A DNA stretch of 64,000 nucleotides, from positions 124,001 through 188,000 of IMG/VR virus record IMGVR_UViG_3300045973_000169; one strand, given 5' to 3'. Positions within the stretch are counted from its first letter, which is position 1, and every line of letters begins with the position of its first letter. Made by a program: the position numbers and the translations under genes. The notes beneath the pieces were generated by a model. That model saw only the letters and a program-made list of their open reading frames with translations, was not told the origin of the DNA and did no database searches. Below, one piece after another: positions 28,152 to 41,300 of the stretch.

Positions 28152-31112
28152 TTATATCAAACTATATGTTGCAGTTACTGTATGTGTAGTACTTATATTA
28201 ACTAAAGTTATTTCGTGTTTATTCGGATAAATTACAGGATCAACAGGTAATGTTTGAACAACTCCATCTAAAGTAATTGATTCTATTTTATATCCACTAT
28301 TAGGCTTTACTCTTATAATCGGACTACTACCCCAAAGTGGTGCAGATACTGGAACTTGTGAAATTACCCCTCCAGATGTTTGTGTTTTAGTTATTGGAAG
28401 CGGAATTCCACTAAATATAATTGCAATAATTATATTAGTTTGAATGTTTAATATATCAAAAGTAAATGGATTATAGGATGGAGTATACGTTAGCCCTGGT
28501 GCTGATAATGTCGAGATATAGTATCCAGTATCTGGAGTTACTGTGATAGTCTTATTTTCGCCTGGCGTAATACCACCAAAACCACCTGGTGTTGTCGCAG
28601 TACCTTTATGTTGTCCAATTATATTAACAGTAATACCTACCCAGCCTTCTGATAATAAAGCCCTTTTCCATTGATTCTGAGCAGTACAAATATATAAATA
28701 TGAATCTGAAATTCTTATTGAACCAGCTTTCCCATCAGATGTAGGTGATAAAGGAATGTTATTTATTGAACTTCCAGAAATTTGGAATCCATTAACTGCA
28801 TCAAGTACCATATTACATGAATTACTTACCCCATCGTCAACAGAAGTTGACATAACCGATGGTCTCATATTTATATAAGCACTTCCATCTAAACCGGTAC
28901 CTAAAGCATTTGTCCCAATATCTATACTATTATCATAAGTATACATGTACGTTTGAGCTTGAGACCCATCACCAGGGAGAGTATCTGAGAAAAATCCAAG
29001 GGACCCAATCTCATTCACCATTCTATTTCTAATAAATGTATCAGATGATAAAACTTCACCAGAAGGTTTATTATTTAATTGTGTTTGAATAGATGAAGTT
29101 ACTCCATCCAAAGCCGTTAACTCATTAGATGTAATTGTTGCCCCTGCTATCTTAAGCGACATAGATGGAGCTGCTAGTTCAAGATTATTGTCTTGGAACT
29201 TTACTGATGCTTCAGTTGTTATATTAGTCAAACTTGTTTCTTTTAAAGTAATAGATTCTTTTGTAGTTTCTATCTTCTTTACAGGTATTTTAGTTAATTG
29301 TTTTTCATACACACAAGATTCAGGTATGTTTTGTCCGATCAATGTTTCATCGACAAATTGTAACGATATAAGTGTATCACTACCAATAGTTCTAACAATA
29401 AAACTCATTTTACCTGTATTGCCATATCCTGCAGGCCATGTAACTAATATAGTGTCACCAAGAGTAAATACTTGGGTAAAGTTCGTGCCTGTACCTATTG
29501 CATTAAAGAATATATCTATAGTCCCTAATACAATTGTTCCAGTTGGTTCAAATACCTCTAATGGCTGAATAGTCAATGTATCAATAGCAACTGGGTTTAA
29601 TTTATTAAGTTTTTCTCCACCAGAAGTTAGTGAATTTAATTGGTCTGTTGTGACTAAGGTATTCCCAACTTTTAATGCTGTTATAGCAGAAGAACCTAGA
29701 GTTACAGTATTAGACCCAGCTCCTTTTGCTTGATACCCTATCACTATCTCATTAGTGGACTGATCCATCTGTGCTCTTGTAGATGTTCCAATAAAGATAC
29801 TGTTATTTGATTGCACTAATGGACCTTCACCATAGGTCTCATCATCTGCACTACCATAATAGTTCCCAGAATCCTCTCCAATGGCTATTGTGTAAGTTCC
29901 ATCATTATTACTTAAAGCATTGTTACCGAGAGCAATAGAGTACATACTATGCCCAGCCAAACCAGCACGATAACCAATATATGTATTGCCATACCCCGTA
30001 ACTTTATCCCTAGCGACTTCAGTCCCAATGGCAATATTATTACCATAGTTCCCACCCATAGTATATGCAAGTAAGGCACTTGTCCCGATTGCAATATTTC
30101 CTACTGGTTGAGTAGCAGTCTTTAATGAATCAGTCCCAATAGCAATATTATTATTTGTATAATAAACAGCAGACATAATAGCATTATACCCTAATGCTAT
30201 ATTTCCTAGAGAGTTACTTTTAAGAGCAGTAAGGGCACTTGTCCCGATTGCTATACATTTTGAATATCCAGAGTTTAATACGCCACCAGATAAAATCCCT
30301 GATAAGGTAGCATCACCGATTGCAATATTATCATTCTTAGCAACACTTGAGTATTTAAATGCATTATTTCCAATAGCTATATTTCTAGCACCTACAGTTA
30401 AGGCATTCCCTGCATAATTTCCAATAGCTACATTATTAGTTCCAGTTGTACGAGAAGCTAAAGCTGACTTGCCAAAGATGATATTATCGATCCCTGCTCC
30501 AGTCCCTTGTCCAATAGTAATCCCACCAAGGTTGATATCCTTAATAAGACTAAGGACTCCAGTCCCTGAAAGTGACATTAGACTAATAGCATTACTTACT
30601 ACGTTTAGGAAGTTGCCTGAATAAGTTGCCCCTTCTCCAACAATAGAAAATAGATCAGCTCCAGTTAAAGATCCAGTTGCTAGTTTAAGTATCGAGCCAC
30701 TTGTTATATTATCGCCTCTTACGCTTAATACATTCCCAGATGTAACTCCAGCCCCAACAAATAATCCAGAAGTGAATCTTAACATATCCCCATAGACAGT
30801 CCCTGTAAATACAGGAGACTCTAATCCAGCAGTACCCCCTGATCCAACAGGATTACCCATGTAGTTAAGTACTCCATTATTATCACTTAGTCCATCAAGC
30901 ATACCTTTATTAGTATGAGTATGATGGATAGATGCATTGGCAATATGAGCTAGTAGATCTGTCCTTAATCCTTCAGGGTCTACTGCTGCCATAATCCCAT
31001 TAAATATATTAGCTAATGAAATTTTATATGTTTTATTGCTATGCCAAATAGGAAGATAATCTTGATTTATATAAGAAGATATCTCAGTAAGTCCATTAAT
31101 TGTTTTATTCAT
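28152..31112 (-). CDS. Tail fibre/adhesin with YadA-head-like repeats and two C-terminal InlB-B-repeat-like domains
   Basis: About 14-residue N-x-A-I-G repeats; ELTALDGVTSSIQTQL fibre motif; TITVTPDTGYYI and IRVKPNSGYKIESITLDG...HTVTATY units. Confidence 0.75.
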   Translation of the reverse strand: MNKTINGLTEISSYINQDYLPIWHSNKTYKISLANIFNGIMAAVDPEGLRTDLLAHIANASIHHTHTNKGMLDGLSDNNGVLNYMGNPVGSGGTAGLESPVFTGTVYGDMLRFTSGLFVGAGVTSGNVLSVRGDNITSGSILKLATGSLTGADLFSIVGEGATYSGNFLNVVSNAISLMSLSGTGVLSLIKDINLGGITIGQGTGAGIDNIIFGKSALASRTTGTNNVAIGNYAGNALTVGARNIAIGNNAFKYSSVAKNDNIAIGDATLSGILSGGVLNSGYSKCIAIGTSALTALKSNSLGNIALGYNAIMSAVYYTNNNIAIGTDSLKTATQPVGNIAIGTSALLAYTMGGNYGNNIAIGTEVARDKVTGYGNTYIGYRAGLAGHSMYSIALGNNALSNNDGTYTIAIGEDSGNYYGSADDETYGEGPLVQSNNSIFIGTSTRAQMDQSTNEIVIGYQAKGAGSNTVTLGSSAITALKVGNTLVTTDQLNSLTSGGEKLNKLNPVAIDTLTIQPLEVFEPTGTIVLGTIDIFFNAIGTGTNFTQVFTLGDTILVTWPAGYGNTGKMSFIVRTIGSDTLISLQFVDETLIGQNIPESCVYEKQLTKIPVKKIETTKESITLKETSLTNITTEASVKFQDNNLELAAPSMSLKIAGATITSNELTALDGVTSSIQTQLNNKPSGEVLSSDTFIRNRMVNEIGSLGFFSDTLPGDGSQAQTYMYTYDNSIDIGTNALGTGLDGSAYINMRPSVMSTSVDDGVSNSCNMVLDAVNGFQISGSSINNIPLSPTSDGKAGSIRISDSYLYICTAQNQWKRALLSEGWVGITVNIIGQHKGTATTPGGFGGITPGENKTITVTPDTGYYISTLSAPGLTYTPSYNPFTFDILNIQTNIIIAIIFSGIPLPITKTQTSGGVISQVPVSAPLWGSSPIIRVKPNSGYKIESITLDGVVQTLPVDPVIYPNKHEITLVNISTTHTVTATYSLI

Positions 31113-31124
31113 TGTATTCTCCCG

Positions 31125-32810
31125 TTATATAATAACAAATGAATTGTTATCTTCATCAACCAGTTGTTCACCAATTTCATCTGCTAAGAAATCAAAATTA
31201 TCACTTCTTATATTTGTTATTGTATCTGATGTTATTATTGTATTTGTAAATTCATCATAGTTAAACGTATCAAAGATGTTTATTATCTCATATCCATTAA
31301 GTAAGATGTTTGCTTTTGTAGATAATTTAGTTAGAGTAAAGTCATTTATCCCAATATCTCCAGTAAGCGTTTGTAAGTAATTAGTATTTCTACTTGTGAT
31401 ATATGATGTAGAGAAACTTGAAGCATTCTCTGGTTGTCCAAATACTGGGATAGTAGTAAGATCTTTTATATATAGGTGTTCAAGAGTAGGATTACAAACA
31501 TAAATTGGGCAATTACAATAATCTAATCCATAAGTTTTAAACTCGATTATTGCTTCGTCTGTATCTATGAATATATCTCTATAAGGAATAACTATTCTAT
31601 TAGTTTCAATATTAGATCTATATAAGTCAAGAAGTAAATCTGATTGGTATTCTTCACCATTAATAAAGATAGACATTGACTCTATATCATTTGTCTTACT
31701 TGATGGGAATATGTAAAATGAATATTCTTTTGCGATACAATCATCATTATATTCTATATTTACTGACTGATAAAATGTCTTCAATGAATCTAGTTTATTA
31801 CTATATTTAATAGGTATAATCAATGGGAAGCAATATAATCTAGCTATAGATGTTGTTATATATAATAGTTTATTTGATCTATCTATAAAGTATGAATTAA
31901 TATCTTCTTCTCCACCAATAGAAAGAGGGACTATTTTAAATTGCTCGTTATGGATTGGGAACTCTGTCTTATTATCTTTAACTATATTAAATATAAGATT
32001 CTTATTTGGCATATCTACTGTCATAAAAGTAGGGAAGATCTCAAACATTTCTCTTTCTATAATGTCATTATCCCATTTCTCATACTCACCATTTATATAA
32101 GGGAAAACAAATATAGAAACTGAAGACATTGAACCTATCATTCTTATTGTTTCTATAGATGTGAACTGTCCTTTAGATTTGTAGTCAATATATGAATTAA
32201 TACTTATGTCTTCTTTTATTCTTTCACCAGTTAAACCGAATCCTTCAATTGTAATTGTAACTGTATTTGAGATCATGCTTATTGAATTAAGCCCAGAATA
32301 AGGACGAATGGTTATACTGCTTTTATTAACTGTTTTGTCTATAGTAGTTCTTATATTTGGATATAGAACAAATGATTCTTTTTCGCCTATTGTAACCAGT
32401 TTTTCAAAGAAACAATCACATGGGAAAGAATGTCTTACAAAGTCTGTATTGTTTGGGATCTCTTTTAAGATATACTCTGATTGAGTAAACTCAGAGAATC
32501 CAATTAATGAATTATTGCATATAGTATCTGTTTGATCTTTAGTTAAAATTACGTTTGGGATATTATCTAATCTAAACCCATTGAATCTATCTATAGTAAG
32601 AAAATCAATTTCTCTTATATTGAATCTCGGCTTATAAACTAAGTCTTCCAAGATATCCTGGGAAGTATCTATAGCAGCTCCAAGAAATCTTAATGCAGAA
32701 CTTGAATCATTATTATACTTAAGTGTATTGATAAAAATATCAAGATACATATTATAAGTAAAGCTATCAATTGTTTTTACTGTAGTTGCTTTGTGTGGAT
32801 AAATTAACAT
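31125..32810 (-). CDS. Putative baseplate protein
   Basis: 561-aa ORF coupled to baseplate J (TAATG); acidic LADEIGEQLVDED tail. Confidence 0.55.
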   Translation of the reverse strand: MLIYPHKATTVKTIDSFTYNMYLDIFINTLKYNNDSSSALRFLGAAIDTSQDILEDLVYKPRFNIREIDFLTIDRFNGFRLDNIPNVILTKDQTDTICNNSLIGFSEFTQSEYILKEIPNNTDFVRHSFPCDCFFEKLVTIGEKESFVLYPNIRTTIDKTVNKSSITIRPYSGLNSISMISNTVTITIEGFGLTGERIKEDISINSYIDYKSKGQFTSIETIRMIGSMSSVSIFVFPYINGEYEKWDNDIIEREMFEIFPTFMTVDMPNKNLIFNIVKDNKTEFPIHNEQFKIVPLSIGGEEDINSYFIDRSNKLLYITTSIARLYCFPLIIPIKYSNKLDSLKTFYQSVNIEYNDDCIAKEYSFYIFPSSKTNDIESMSIFINGEEYQSDLLLDLYRSNIETNRIVIPYRDIFIDTDEAIIEFKTYGLDYCNCPIYVCNPTLEHLYIKDLTTIPVFGQPENASSFSTSYITSRNTNYLQTLTGDIGINDFTLTKLSTKANILLNGYEIINIFDTFNYDEFTNTIITSDTITNIRSDNFDFLADEIGEQLVDEDNNSFVII

Positions 32811-34003
32811 TACTTAATCCTTATAGTTATAGGATTCGCAATTGGTTCAATTACAAGCTTCTCTTGAGCAGCTAATATGATTGTTTGATTTTCTCCATTA
32901 GAGACAGGGATAGATATTGGGTACCTAAATGATTCAGTCCCAAGGTATTTATTAACTAAGTTAAAGCTAATTGAAAGAACATCATTATTTATACCTTCAA
33001 TCATTCTAATTATATCTAATATATAGAAAGTATTATCAAGAAAATTATTTACATAACTTGATATTCTACTTTGGACTAATGCTATAAATGCAGTATTAGA
33101 TGTATATAGTTCTGGGTTCTTCATTGTCATAGTAAGATCTAATTGTAACCCTACATAATTAGGCTTAAGAACTTTATATTCTGCCCAAGGCGGTACAATT
33201 GTACTTATAATATCATGGACTTCATTGATTAAAGTATCTGGAGTTATTGGATTAATTGACTGGACATATATAGCAAAAGTTCCTCCGCCATTATATGATG
33301 GTACAATATCTACATATGAAACTCCAGGTACACCAGATGCTACATTAAAGATCCCTGCAGTATTTGTAGTTGCAAATGATCTCTGTCCATTGAACAAACG
33401 ATACCTATAGTTCTGATCAGTCTCATCTGGACGACCAGTTGATAGCATTGTAGGGTTAGTTATTAATAATGCTCCAGTGGTTGATTGAGCATAGTTTGTA
33501 AAGTAATGTCTATTAATAGTATTGATTGGAAGGACATCTGTCTTTCCTTGTATTAATTCTGCTGATATAAAACATTCTGAATCGTTTTTGCTTAGAGTGA
33601 TTTGTACAGTAGTAGCTAATCTTACAAGAGTCCCATCTGATAATGTTCCTTCAACCATAGTCCCTTGTGGAATAAGAATACTATTCCCGTTATTAATATC
33701 ACCAAATTTTCCTGATGATACATAAAATTTTAATGATTTCATTGTACTAGTAACTTCTGTAGGGAGAGCAAGTCTTTTCTCAATTCCAAAGAAAGATCCT
33801 ATCGTAGCTAACTTATCACCAGTTGAATTTAATAGACTGTTATCGGTGCTATCTTTTTCTAATAGTAATTCAACCTGTAATTGTTCATAGGCTATAGATT
33901 GTAAGATTTGATATGATTTAGTACCAGGGATTACATTAGATAATCCAGTACGTTGCTCTATTGCTTTTATTAATCTATCTAATCTATTTTGGTAATCTGC
34001 CAT
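32810..34003 (-). CDS. Baseplate J-like wedge protein
   Basis: TGDKLATIG.FFGI.KR, IPQGT, GRPDETDQNYRYRL, VPGVS.V, GGGTFAIYV. Confidence 0.85.
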   Translation of the reverse strand: MADYQNRLDRLIKAIEQRTGLSNVIPGTKSYQILQSIAYEQLQVELLLEKDSTDNSLLNSTGDKLATIGSFFGIEKRLALPTEVTSTMKSLKFYVSSGKFGDINNGNSILIPQGTMVEGTLSDGTLVRLATTVQITLSKNDSECFISAELIQGKTDVLPINTINRHYFTNYAQSTTGALLITNPTMLSTGRPDETDQNYRYRLFNGQRSFATTNTAGIFNVASGVPGVSYVDIVPSYNGGGTFAIYVQSINPITPDTLINEVHDIISTIVPPWAEYKVLKPNYVGLQLDLTMTMKNPELYTSNTAFIALVQSRISSYVNNFLDNTFYILDIIRMIEGINNDVLSISFNLVNKYLGTESFRYPISIPVSNGENQTIILAAQEKLVIEPIANPITIRIK

Positions 34004-34005
34004 TT

Positions 34006-34404
34006 CTATCCCCTATAAATTCTTTGATTCTCTATATCAACGACTAGTTTAAATGTATCAGCGCCATCTAGTCGATTTGAGAACTTAATTATTAGATTGA
34101 TATGTCTATCATTTGTTTCACTTATGAGTATTTTATAATCATTCGGAGATAATAAGCCATTAGTCTGTAATGCATTATTGATTGCAGACATAATGTTATC
34201 TTTTGTATAGGAAGTTTTGGTTTGGAAAATGAAAGAGTCTAACCCTGCAGCAATATTATCAAGAATAAAGTCCTCATTTCTAGCGACTAATCTTCTTTCA
34301 ACTGTATGCATAGTTGACTTTTGAGTACTGTCTTCTATGATTATATCATCCAGAAGAATTATATCATCTGAATTATCTACTTTAAAATCAATTATCCCTA
34401 GCAT
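34006..34404 (-). CDS. gp25/gpW-like baseplate wedge (sheath initiator)
   Basis: 132 aa directly upstream of baseplate J; RRL...F...AGL...I.NAL pattern. Confidence 0.55.
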   Translation of the reverse strand: MLGIIDFKVDNSDDIILLDDIIIEDSTQKSTMHTVERRLVARNEDFILDNIAAGLDSFIFQTKTSYTKDNIMSAINNALQTNGLLSPNDYKILISETNDRHINLIIKFSNRLDGADTFKLVVDIENQRIYRG

Positions 34405-34407
34405 GTT

Positions 34408-34417
34408 TGTTATTAAC
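34408..34417 (-). promoter_or_regulatory. GTTAATAACA motif copy
   Basis: Exact copy in a 15-nt gap, overlapping the RBS spacer. Confidence 0.35.
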
Positions 34418-34419
34418 CT

Positions 34420-34821
34420 CTATCCTAAGCTTGATATTAATCCTACTATCTTTTGAATATATTTAACGTTTGGTGGCTCTTTAAAGACTAAAGTTGGGAG
34501 CGGTGTATAATTAGTACTAGGGAGACAAGTCATTAGTTTATCATTGAATATCCAGAATCCACCTATTCTTAAATCAGATGGTGGTCGACCAAGACTGATC
34601 TTCCCATCAAGAGAAGTCCCATACTCATCTACTGTAAGCCCATTGGCTTTATTCATTACAACTATACCATTAAGTGAAAGGAATATCTCAGCATCTCCAC
34701 CTTCAATATTAAACTTTCTATGACCTAACTCAGCTTTCATCTTATGTTCTGGAGCTTTGTCTTTGCTCTCATGGCTTGCCATACCAAAGCTAGACATTTC
34801 ATTATTTGTAGCTATTGCCAT
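34420..34821 (-). CDS. Putative spike-associated protein
   Basis: 133 aa, beta-rich middle; lies between the hub and the gp25-like gene. Confidence 0.45.
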   Translation of the reverse strand: MAIATNNEMSSFGMASHESKDKAPEHKMKAELGHRKFNIEGGDAEIFLSLNGIVVMNKANGLTVDEYGTSLDGKISLGRPPSDLRIGGFWIFNDKLMTCLPSTNYTPLPTLVFKEPPNVKYIQKIVGLISSLG

Positions 34822-34824
34822 ATC

Positions 34825-35313
34825 TTATCCTTTTACTGCTGGTTGAACATGCGTAAACTTTTCTCTACCAGAGAAGAAGTTACAGAAGTTTTCATAGATA
34901 GATGTTACTTGGTTTTCATTATTATATTTAGTATTATCAAATCTAAACTCATAGCCACCAGCCACTGCTAGTCTTTTATTCAGCTCAAGGTCTGAGAATG
35001 GATCACATTTATCTTGGATAATACAATAAGAACTATCTTTCTTATGAGTAACATATACAATATCTTCAGCAACTAAGTTACCATGATTATTGAAATATTC
35101 TTTAGTCTTCCCAAGCATCGCCTCTGCAATTCTCTTATCATCTTGAAGCTCAACACGATATAAGCCTTTATCTTTATCAAAGGATATAACCCTGGCCTTC
35201 TGACCAGGGTCTATCTGTTTTAATAAATCATAAACCATACTAAGTAAAGCAGAATTATTTTCTTGAGTTTGTAAATTCTCTCTTTGTTTCCCTGTAGATA
35301 TACCTGTATCCAT
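34825..35313 (-). CDS. Putative baseplate spike N-terminal OB-fold protein
   Basis: KARVISFDKDKGLYRVEL...LVAEDIVYV resembles a gp5/gpV OB-fold; follows the hub gene. Confidence 0.45.
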   Translation of the reverse strand: MDTGISTGKQRENLQTQENNSALLSMVYDLLKQIDPGQKARVISFDKDKGLYRVELQDDKRIAEAMLGKTKEYFNNHGNLVAEDIVYVTHKKDSSYCIIQDKCDPFSDLELNKRLAVAGGYEFRFDNTKYNNENQVTSIYENFCNFFSGREKFTHVQPAVKG

Positions 35314-35315
35314 AA

Positions 35316-38300
35316 TTAAACCTTACCTAATTCTTTTTTAAATTGCCAATAGTAACTTAGTACTGCATTTATGTGATCTGTATTTTTCATAAATTGAGGT
35401 CCATGTCCTGCATTGTATGCTGATACTGCTCTAGACACATCCCCATTTTCAGTTTGTATTAAATCAAATAAATACTTAACTCCATAGTCTATATTTGTTT
35501 TAGGATCAAATGGATCTTTACCATGGGTTCCATCCATAGAAGGATGAGCTTTCCCATTTATTTGCATTAAGCCTCTATCATTCTTGTCCTGTACCCCTAT
35601 TGCTTTTGGGTTCCATCCACTCTCTCTTTGTATCAATCCATAGACAACTTCTGGCTCAAGTATATATTTCTTTGTTCCATTTAGTTTACTTAATGCTTCA
35701 TCAACCATAGGCTTTAACTGGTTAAACATACTATCTTGTCTTACTATTTCTTCTGTGATCGAATATGATTTTAGTTTCATAGATCCACTAGGTGTTGATG
35801 CAAAAGCATTACCAGTAAATTGTATCCCTGGATCCAATATATCAGCAGCAAGTTTAACTGGTTCATAATCACTGAGAGAACTATATGCTTCATTAAATGC
35901 ATCTTTAGCATTTATAACCATACCCTTCATATGCATCCACATGTCATTATTTCTATAACCTTCAAGACCCGGCATTAACATAGAATCTTTAAACCAGATT
36001 GGCGAAATAACTACGATGTTTCCTTTTGTAGCAGCTTCTATTGCAAACATCTCAACTATAGATGGGAGTTCCATTACAACACTGAGAGCTAATAGCATTG
36101 ATACATTCCTTGCTAATGGTCCACCTAATAATTTCTTTCCACCTTCAATAAGTTTCGATCCAACAGCTTTTGTACCAGCAGAATATTTACCACCAAATAA
36201 ACCTTTAGGCTTCATCTTATTTAATAATACTTCATACTCTTTTTCTGTATTAACATTTATCTTAGTGTCTTTTAAAAGATCTTTCTGTGATTTTGATAAA
36301 TCTTTCCAAGCTGTTTCTTTCTTCGCTAATATCTTTTCCATCGAAGCTATTACTTGCTTATCTACAATAGTCTCGGCGGCAAGTGCTGCATCTACTGCAG
36401 CAGCCTTAAGTTCTCTTGTGTAATCGGCGGTCTGTGTAGCCCATCTATTTAAGAAGTCAGGCACTTTCTTAGGCATTAAGTTAGATAGATATTCTCCTGG
36501 AGTTATCCTTCTGAATACAGTTTTTACTGCTCCAGCAAAAACATCAGAGAAAACATATCTTCCACTTTGAACGACTGAATTACCAGCGGCAACAAGTCCT
36601 CTTTTTGCTCCACTTGATCCAACAACTGCTGCTGTTTTACCAGCATAAGCAAGTGCTGTATCTGCATAAACAGAATATTTCCATTCGACTACATTCTCTG
36701 CCCAGTTAAATTTATTAAGAGCATCTAGTGTATCAGTAGGTAAGCCATTGTATTTATTTACAAATGTCTCATTTTCTCTTGCTTGTGCAAAATGTTTATT
36801 TGCTTCAAGTAATCCATTAGCTACAAGTGAGAATCCTAATGATGTCCAAGGACCTGTTGTTGCTCCAAGGACTAATGATGTAGCATCTATTGCTAATCCT
36901 GCAGCTCCTCGTTCATTCCAATAGTTACTTACCTTACCAATTATATATTTACGTCTTAAATCACCAGCAGTTGAGTAAGCTGTATCATTTATCTTACAAA
37001 CCATATTAGGGACAATATGAGTAGTGAAACCCATTTCAGAATCAAACTTATGGATTACAGTTTCTACTTGAACCCAACCATACATCTTAGATACTTTATC
37101 ACAAATATAAATCTTATCATAAGGTTCAATCTTCGAGTTTCCTCTAAGAATAAGTGTCCCGCCATATAGACGTTCTACTCCTTCCTTAAGTAATCCAAGT
37201 GCATATTGTTGAGATAGTCTTTCATCATTTGTCCAGTCAATAACTGCGAACTTCCTTCTTAAGGCATGATTAAATATATCTGCATTAGCAACATACTCTT
37301 CTGGCTTACCAGACCCATCAGACGATTTTGAAATTACAACTGAATTCCATCCTCTTTCTGGAGTTGCTCTTACTCCATTATAAATTATATTATCCCATGA
37401 TGTTGCTATATGATGTTTCTGGAAAGGAACCATTGGTAAGATTCCAGTAGATAAAGTCTCAGGATCTATATTCCCTAGTGTGTCTCTTCTAGGACTATAG
37501 TCCATAATAGCTTTTCTGTATCTATCATTGTTATTTCCAGACTCTCTTGTTGCATCTGATCTCTCAATAAATGAAGGAGCCATTGCAAGAAGTGGATCAT
37601 CTGTTCTGAAATAATGGAAGTCGGGATCTCCTAAGAACAATGTAGACCTAGAGCCATAAGGTCTTACATCTAAAGCATATCCAGGATAGATCCTTTGGAT
37701 GTCTCTTAGCACATCCCAAACAGTCCTTTGGTTATTTGCTTTAAGTGTTACATTAGATCCAGAAGCACTTGCCCATATATCAAAAGCGAATATATTTGCA
37801 TCTATGGGATTATGTCCATTCTCAAGAGTGTCAGCCATATGTCTAAATAATTGAGTTGTAGCTTTATCTGCATTAAATAAATCTCCACGAAGTCTACCAT
37901 AAAGATTGCTAAATGTAGTCGAGAATCTTTCATTCCCTTTACATGACTCTCTGAATAAAGTCATTTTCCCAGCCTCAATCATCTTTCTACCATAATCACC
38001 TTCGGCTCCAAATGATGCATAGGCTAATGCTCCAACGCTTGTCCCGACTGCCGCTGCCGCTAAAGGAGATGCACCTATCATCCCAATAGCTGCTGCCCCA
38101 GCGAATGTTCCACCAGTGACTAATGCACTTGTACCCGTTCCAATAAGCCCAGTAATATTAGCTCTTGACATAATGAAGTTCATCAGGTTCTTATTTCTTC
38201 TGGAGAACTGTTCTATATGTGAACCAAACATTCTACCGAAATGGATAATGCTTGGATTGCTTCTTAACATCTGGCTAATTAAGTCACTAAAGTTTGAACC

Positions 38301-41300
38301 TGATAGTGATGAATTCTGAATAGATGAAGGTGTTGCTAATTCTCTTCCATCGCCTCTGCCTTCAATTTCATACATACCCATACCAGCAGCAGATAGATTA
38401 GTTATAGTCCCAATGAACACTGTATCTAAATATCTTGGATCAGAGTGATATCCTAGCTTAACACAGATTCTCATCCCTTGACGTAATGGACTTCTTCCAC
38501 CCATAAAGGAATACATTTCTTCTGTATTAATCTTAGATTCATCATCTTGGTTTCTAGTCTCAGTTATCATCTGAGGTTGACCAGTAACCTGATTAACTCC
38601 TTTATAACCATAGCGGCTATCATACATTGCTGAGGTTGTAGTCTTCCTTGGATCAACCACAACTCTACATTTTAGTATATGTGCAGGATTATTTCTATCT
38701 CTGATAACCATTAGGTCTTGGAGTAATCTAAAATCCCAGTAATCATCTAGTGCTTTATATTTATAGTCAGTTAAATTGTCATGTATGATATAAATCTTAT
38801 ATGTTGGATATGCATTCTGGATACCAATAGTTATAGCCTCTGAGTTATATACTTGTTGTAGTAGATAGTTTTCAGTTGATTCATCTATTTCTTCTCCTGC
38901 AGTTTCAATATAGTTTGCAGGGAGTGTATCAGAAATACCAGTTGTATTATATTTTGCTCTTAAGGCAATAAGTTTTGCATTATTTTCTTTCCATAATTTG
39001 GTGTCATTTACTGACTCATGCATTGCAAGTAATATCTTTTTCTCTTCTAGTTTAGCCCATTGCTTTTCGTTACTAATAGATGGAGTTACTGATTTTGGCT
39101 TTACAGAAGGAGTTACATCAGGAGCATTAACATCTTTATATGAAGCCCCTGTCACTCCACCTGGCTTACTAGAAATTGTCTTATGACAAATCTGTGCACT
39201 TAAAAACTTCTTAGCGTAGTCTTCTTGTTTTTCATTTACTTTCTGGTTTGATAATGGAGCATGTAAATTCTTCATGCTTGTTGCAGATGGTTTGTGTAGA
39301 ATACCATCAGATGTTAAGACACCCATTGATCTTCCATTATCATCATAGACACTTGAAATCCTACTCCCCATATTATTGTCAAATACATCAGTAGGGTCAT
39401 ATGGATTTTTAAGAGAATTTACATTGCCTGCAAATGACTCTTTCATATATTTAACAATAGCAGGGTCACCTTTAAAATGATGCTCATTAAACATACATGT
39501 AGAGAATTTATTTAAAGCAAAGTCTTTCGTTACAGGTTGTCCATCATTTTTAAGGATAGGGTAAAATAAACCAGCTCTATTCCCACTTTTATCATTAATC
39601 GGATTTCTACTATCAGATGCGAATGATGTTGTATCTTTTCTCATCGAAGGGATAGCAAGAGTACGTCCTATATTAAGACAACTATTCTCTTTCCCAATCA
39701 TTTCTTCTTGGAGACCTCTCCAGGTATCTTTAATATAGACAGTTTTATATGCATCTGTATCTGTCATATAGTCACCAATGAAATCCATCTCAGTCTTAAG
39801 CGTAGATACTTCATCTCCCATCATTCTTAATCTATTCTGAGAATACCAGTAACCTACTGAATTACTAAACATTTTATTATATGATATAAAGTTATCAACT
39901 CTATTAAACCATCTATGAGCTGCATAAGGTTTAGCTAAAAGAACTCCAGCTTGAAGATCTACTTTTATCTTCTCTCTCATTTTCTCGGTTATAACTTTAT
40001 CTAATACAGCAGTGCTTGTAACTGTTTCTTTTGTTAAAGCATTTACGTCTGCTGGCATTTTACTTACACTTAATTGTTTGCTATCCCCTCCAACCTTAAA
40101 TCCTCTTTTTAAAAACTCACCTTTTAAGAACTCAAGTTCTCCTAGAGAAATACCATTCAAATCAAATGTAGCTACATATCCATTAACTAACATATAATAT
40201 GTATTAAAGTTAGATAAGACCTTTTTAAGTCTACCTTTATCTGATTCTGATTTAACAACTAATGAAGTTAAGTCTAGTTCTATTTGAACTTCTCCAGGAG
40301 CTGAATATACTAACCCTGGATGTTCGGCTTCCCACTTCTTCTGCAATGCATTAAAATTCGATACAACATTATTTACGAATGCTCCATCAATTCCATCTGC
40401 ACTATTGGATATAGACTCAGCAAGTTTTGCTTGTTTCCATTGTAATCTATCGACTGCATGCTGTCCATTTACATTCTGAGTTACTGAATCTCTACTTTCA
40501 TAAAATGACTTAGGAGTCTCTGTTGTCTGCATTCCTTTTGTTTTAGATATTTCATCTAAAGCTTTATTTAGATCAGCAGCAAATCTTTGAGATAGGCCAT
40601 CAATATCTACGCTAGCAGAATTTCTTACTTTATAAAGCATTGAGTCTTTACGTTCTAACTTCTCCATATCCTTAGCCATGTCTTGATACTCAGGCATATC
40701 TAACAGATGAGTTATACGTTTTAAACCCCAGTAGTTATCAAACTTAACTGGGTCATTATCAGCTCTTGCTATAGATTCAAATATAGTCTTAGAGAATATT
40801 AAATTAACATCTGATAGATGTGGCTTCCCATCTACACTAGAGACTACAAGATTCTGTATAGTTAAAATATTAGCATCAGCAAGATCAAGGATAGGTGTCT
40901 GTACTAAGAATCTATTCTCAAAGTTACCAAATCTATCTGGAGTAATTGATTCTTTATATGATCTTAAAACCTGTCTTACTGCTTCAATGTCAGTTGTCTT
41001 AAAGTTAACAGAGACTTGTGTCTCACCAGGTCCAATGAATTGAGCTGTTGGGATAGCATGCTCAAGAACAGGAGTCCAAGCAAAGTTATTAGAGTAAGAC
41101 AAGGATACACTATGAGCATTTTCAGTTATACTACTTGCAGCTATAAGTTGGATACAGTCATTTTCTGTAAATCTTTTCCCTGCCGACTGTTGCATCAATT
41201 CCCAATGTTTATCGGAGAATGGATTATCTATCTTAAATATATTTATTTCAGATGGAGCATTATGATTAACATTATAAGCATGTAATTGTTTCTCATGTTC

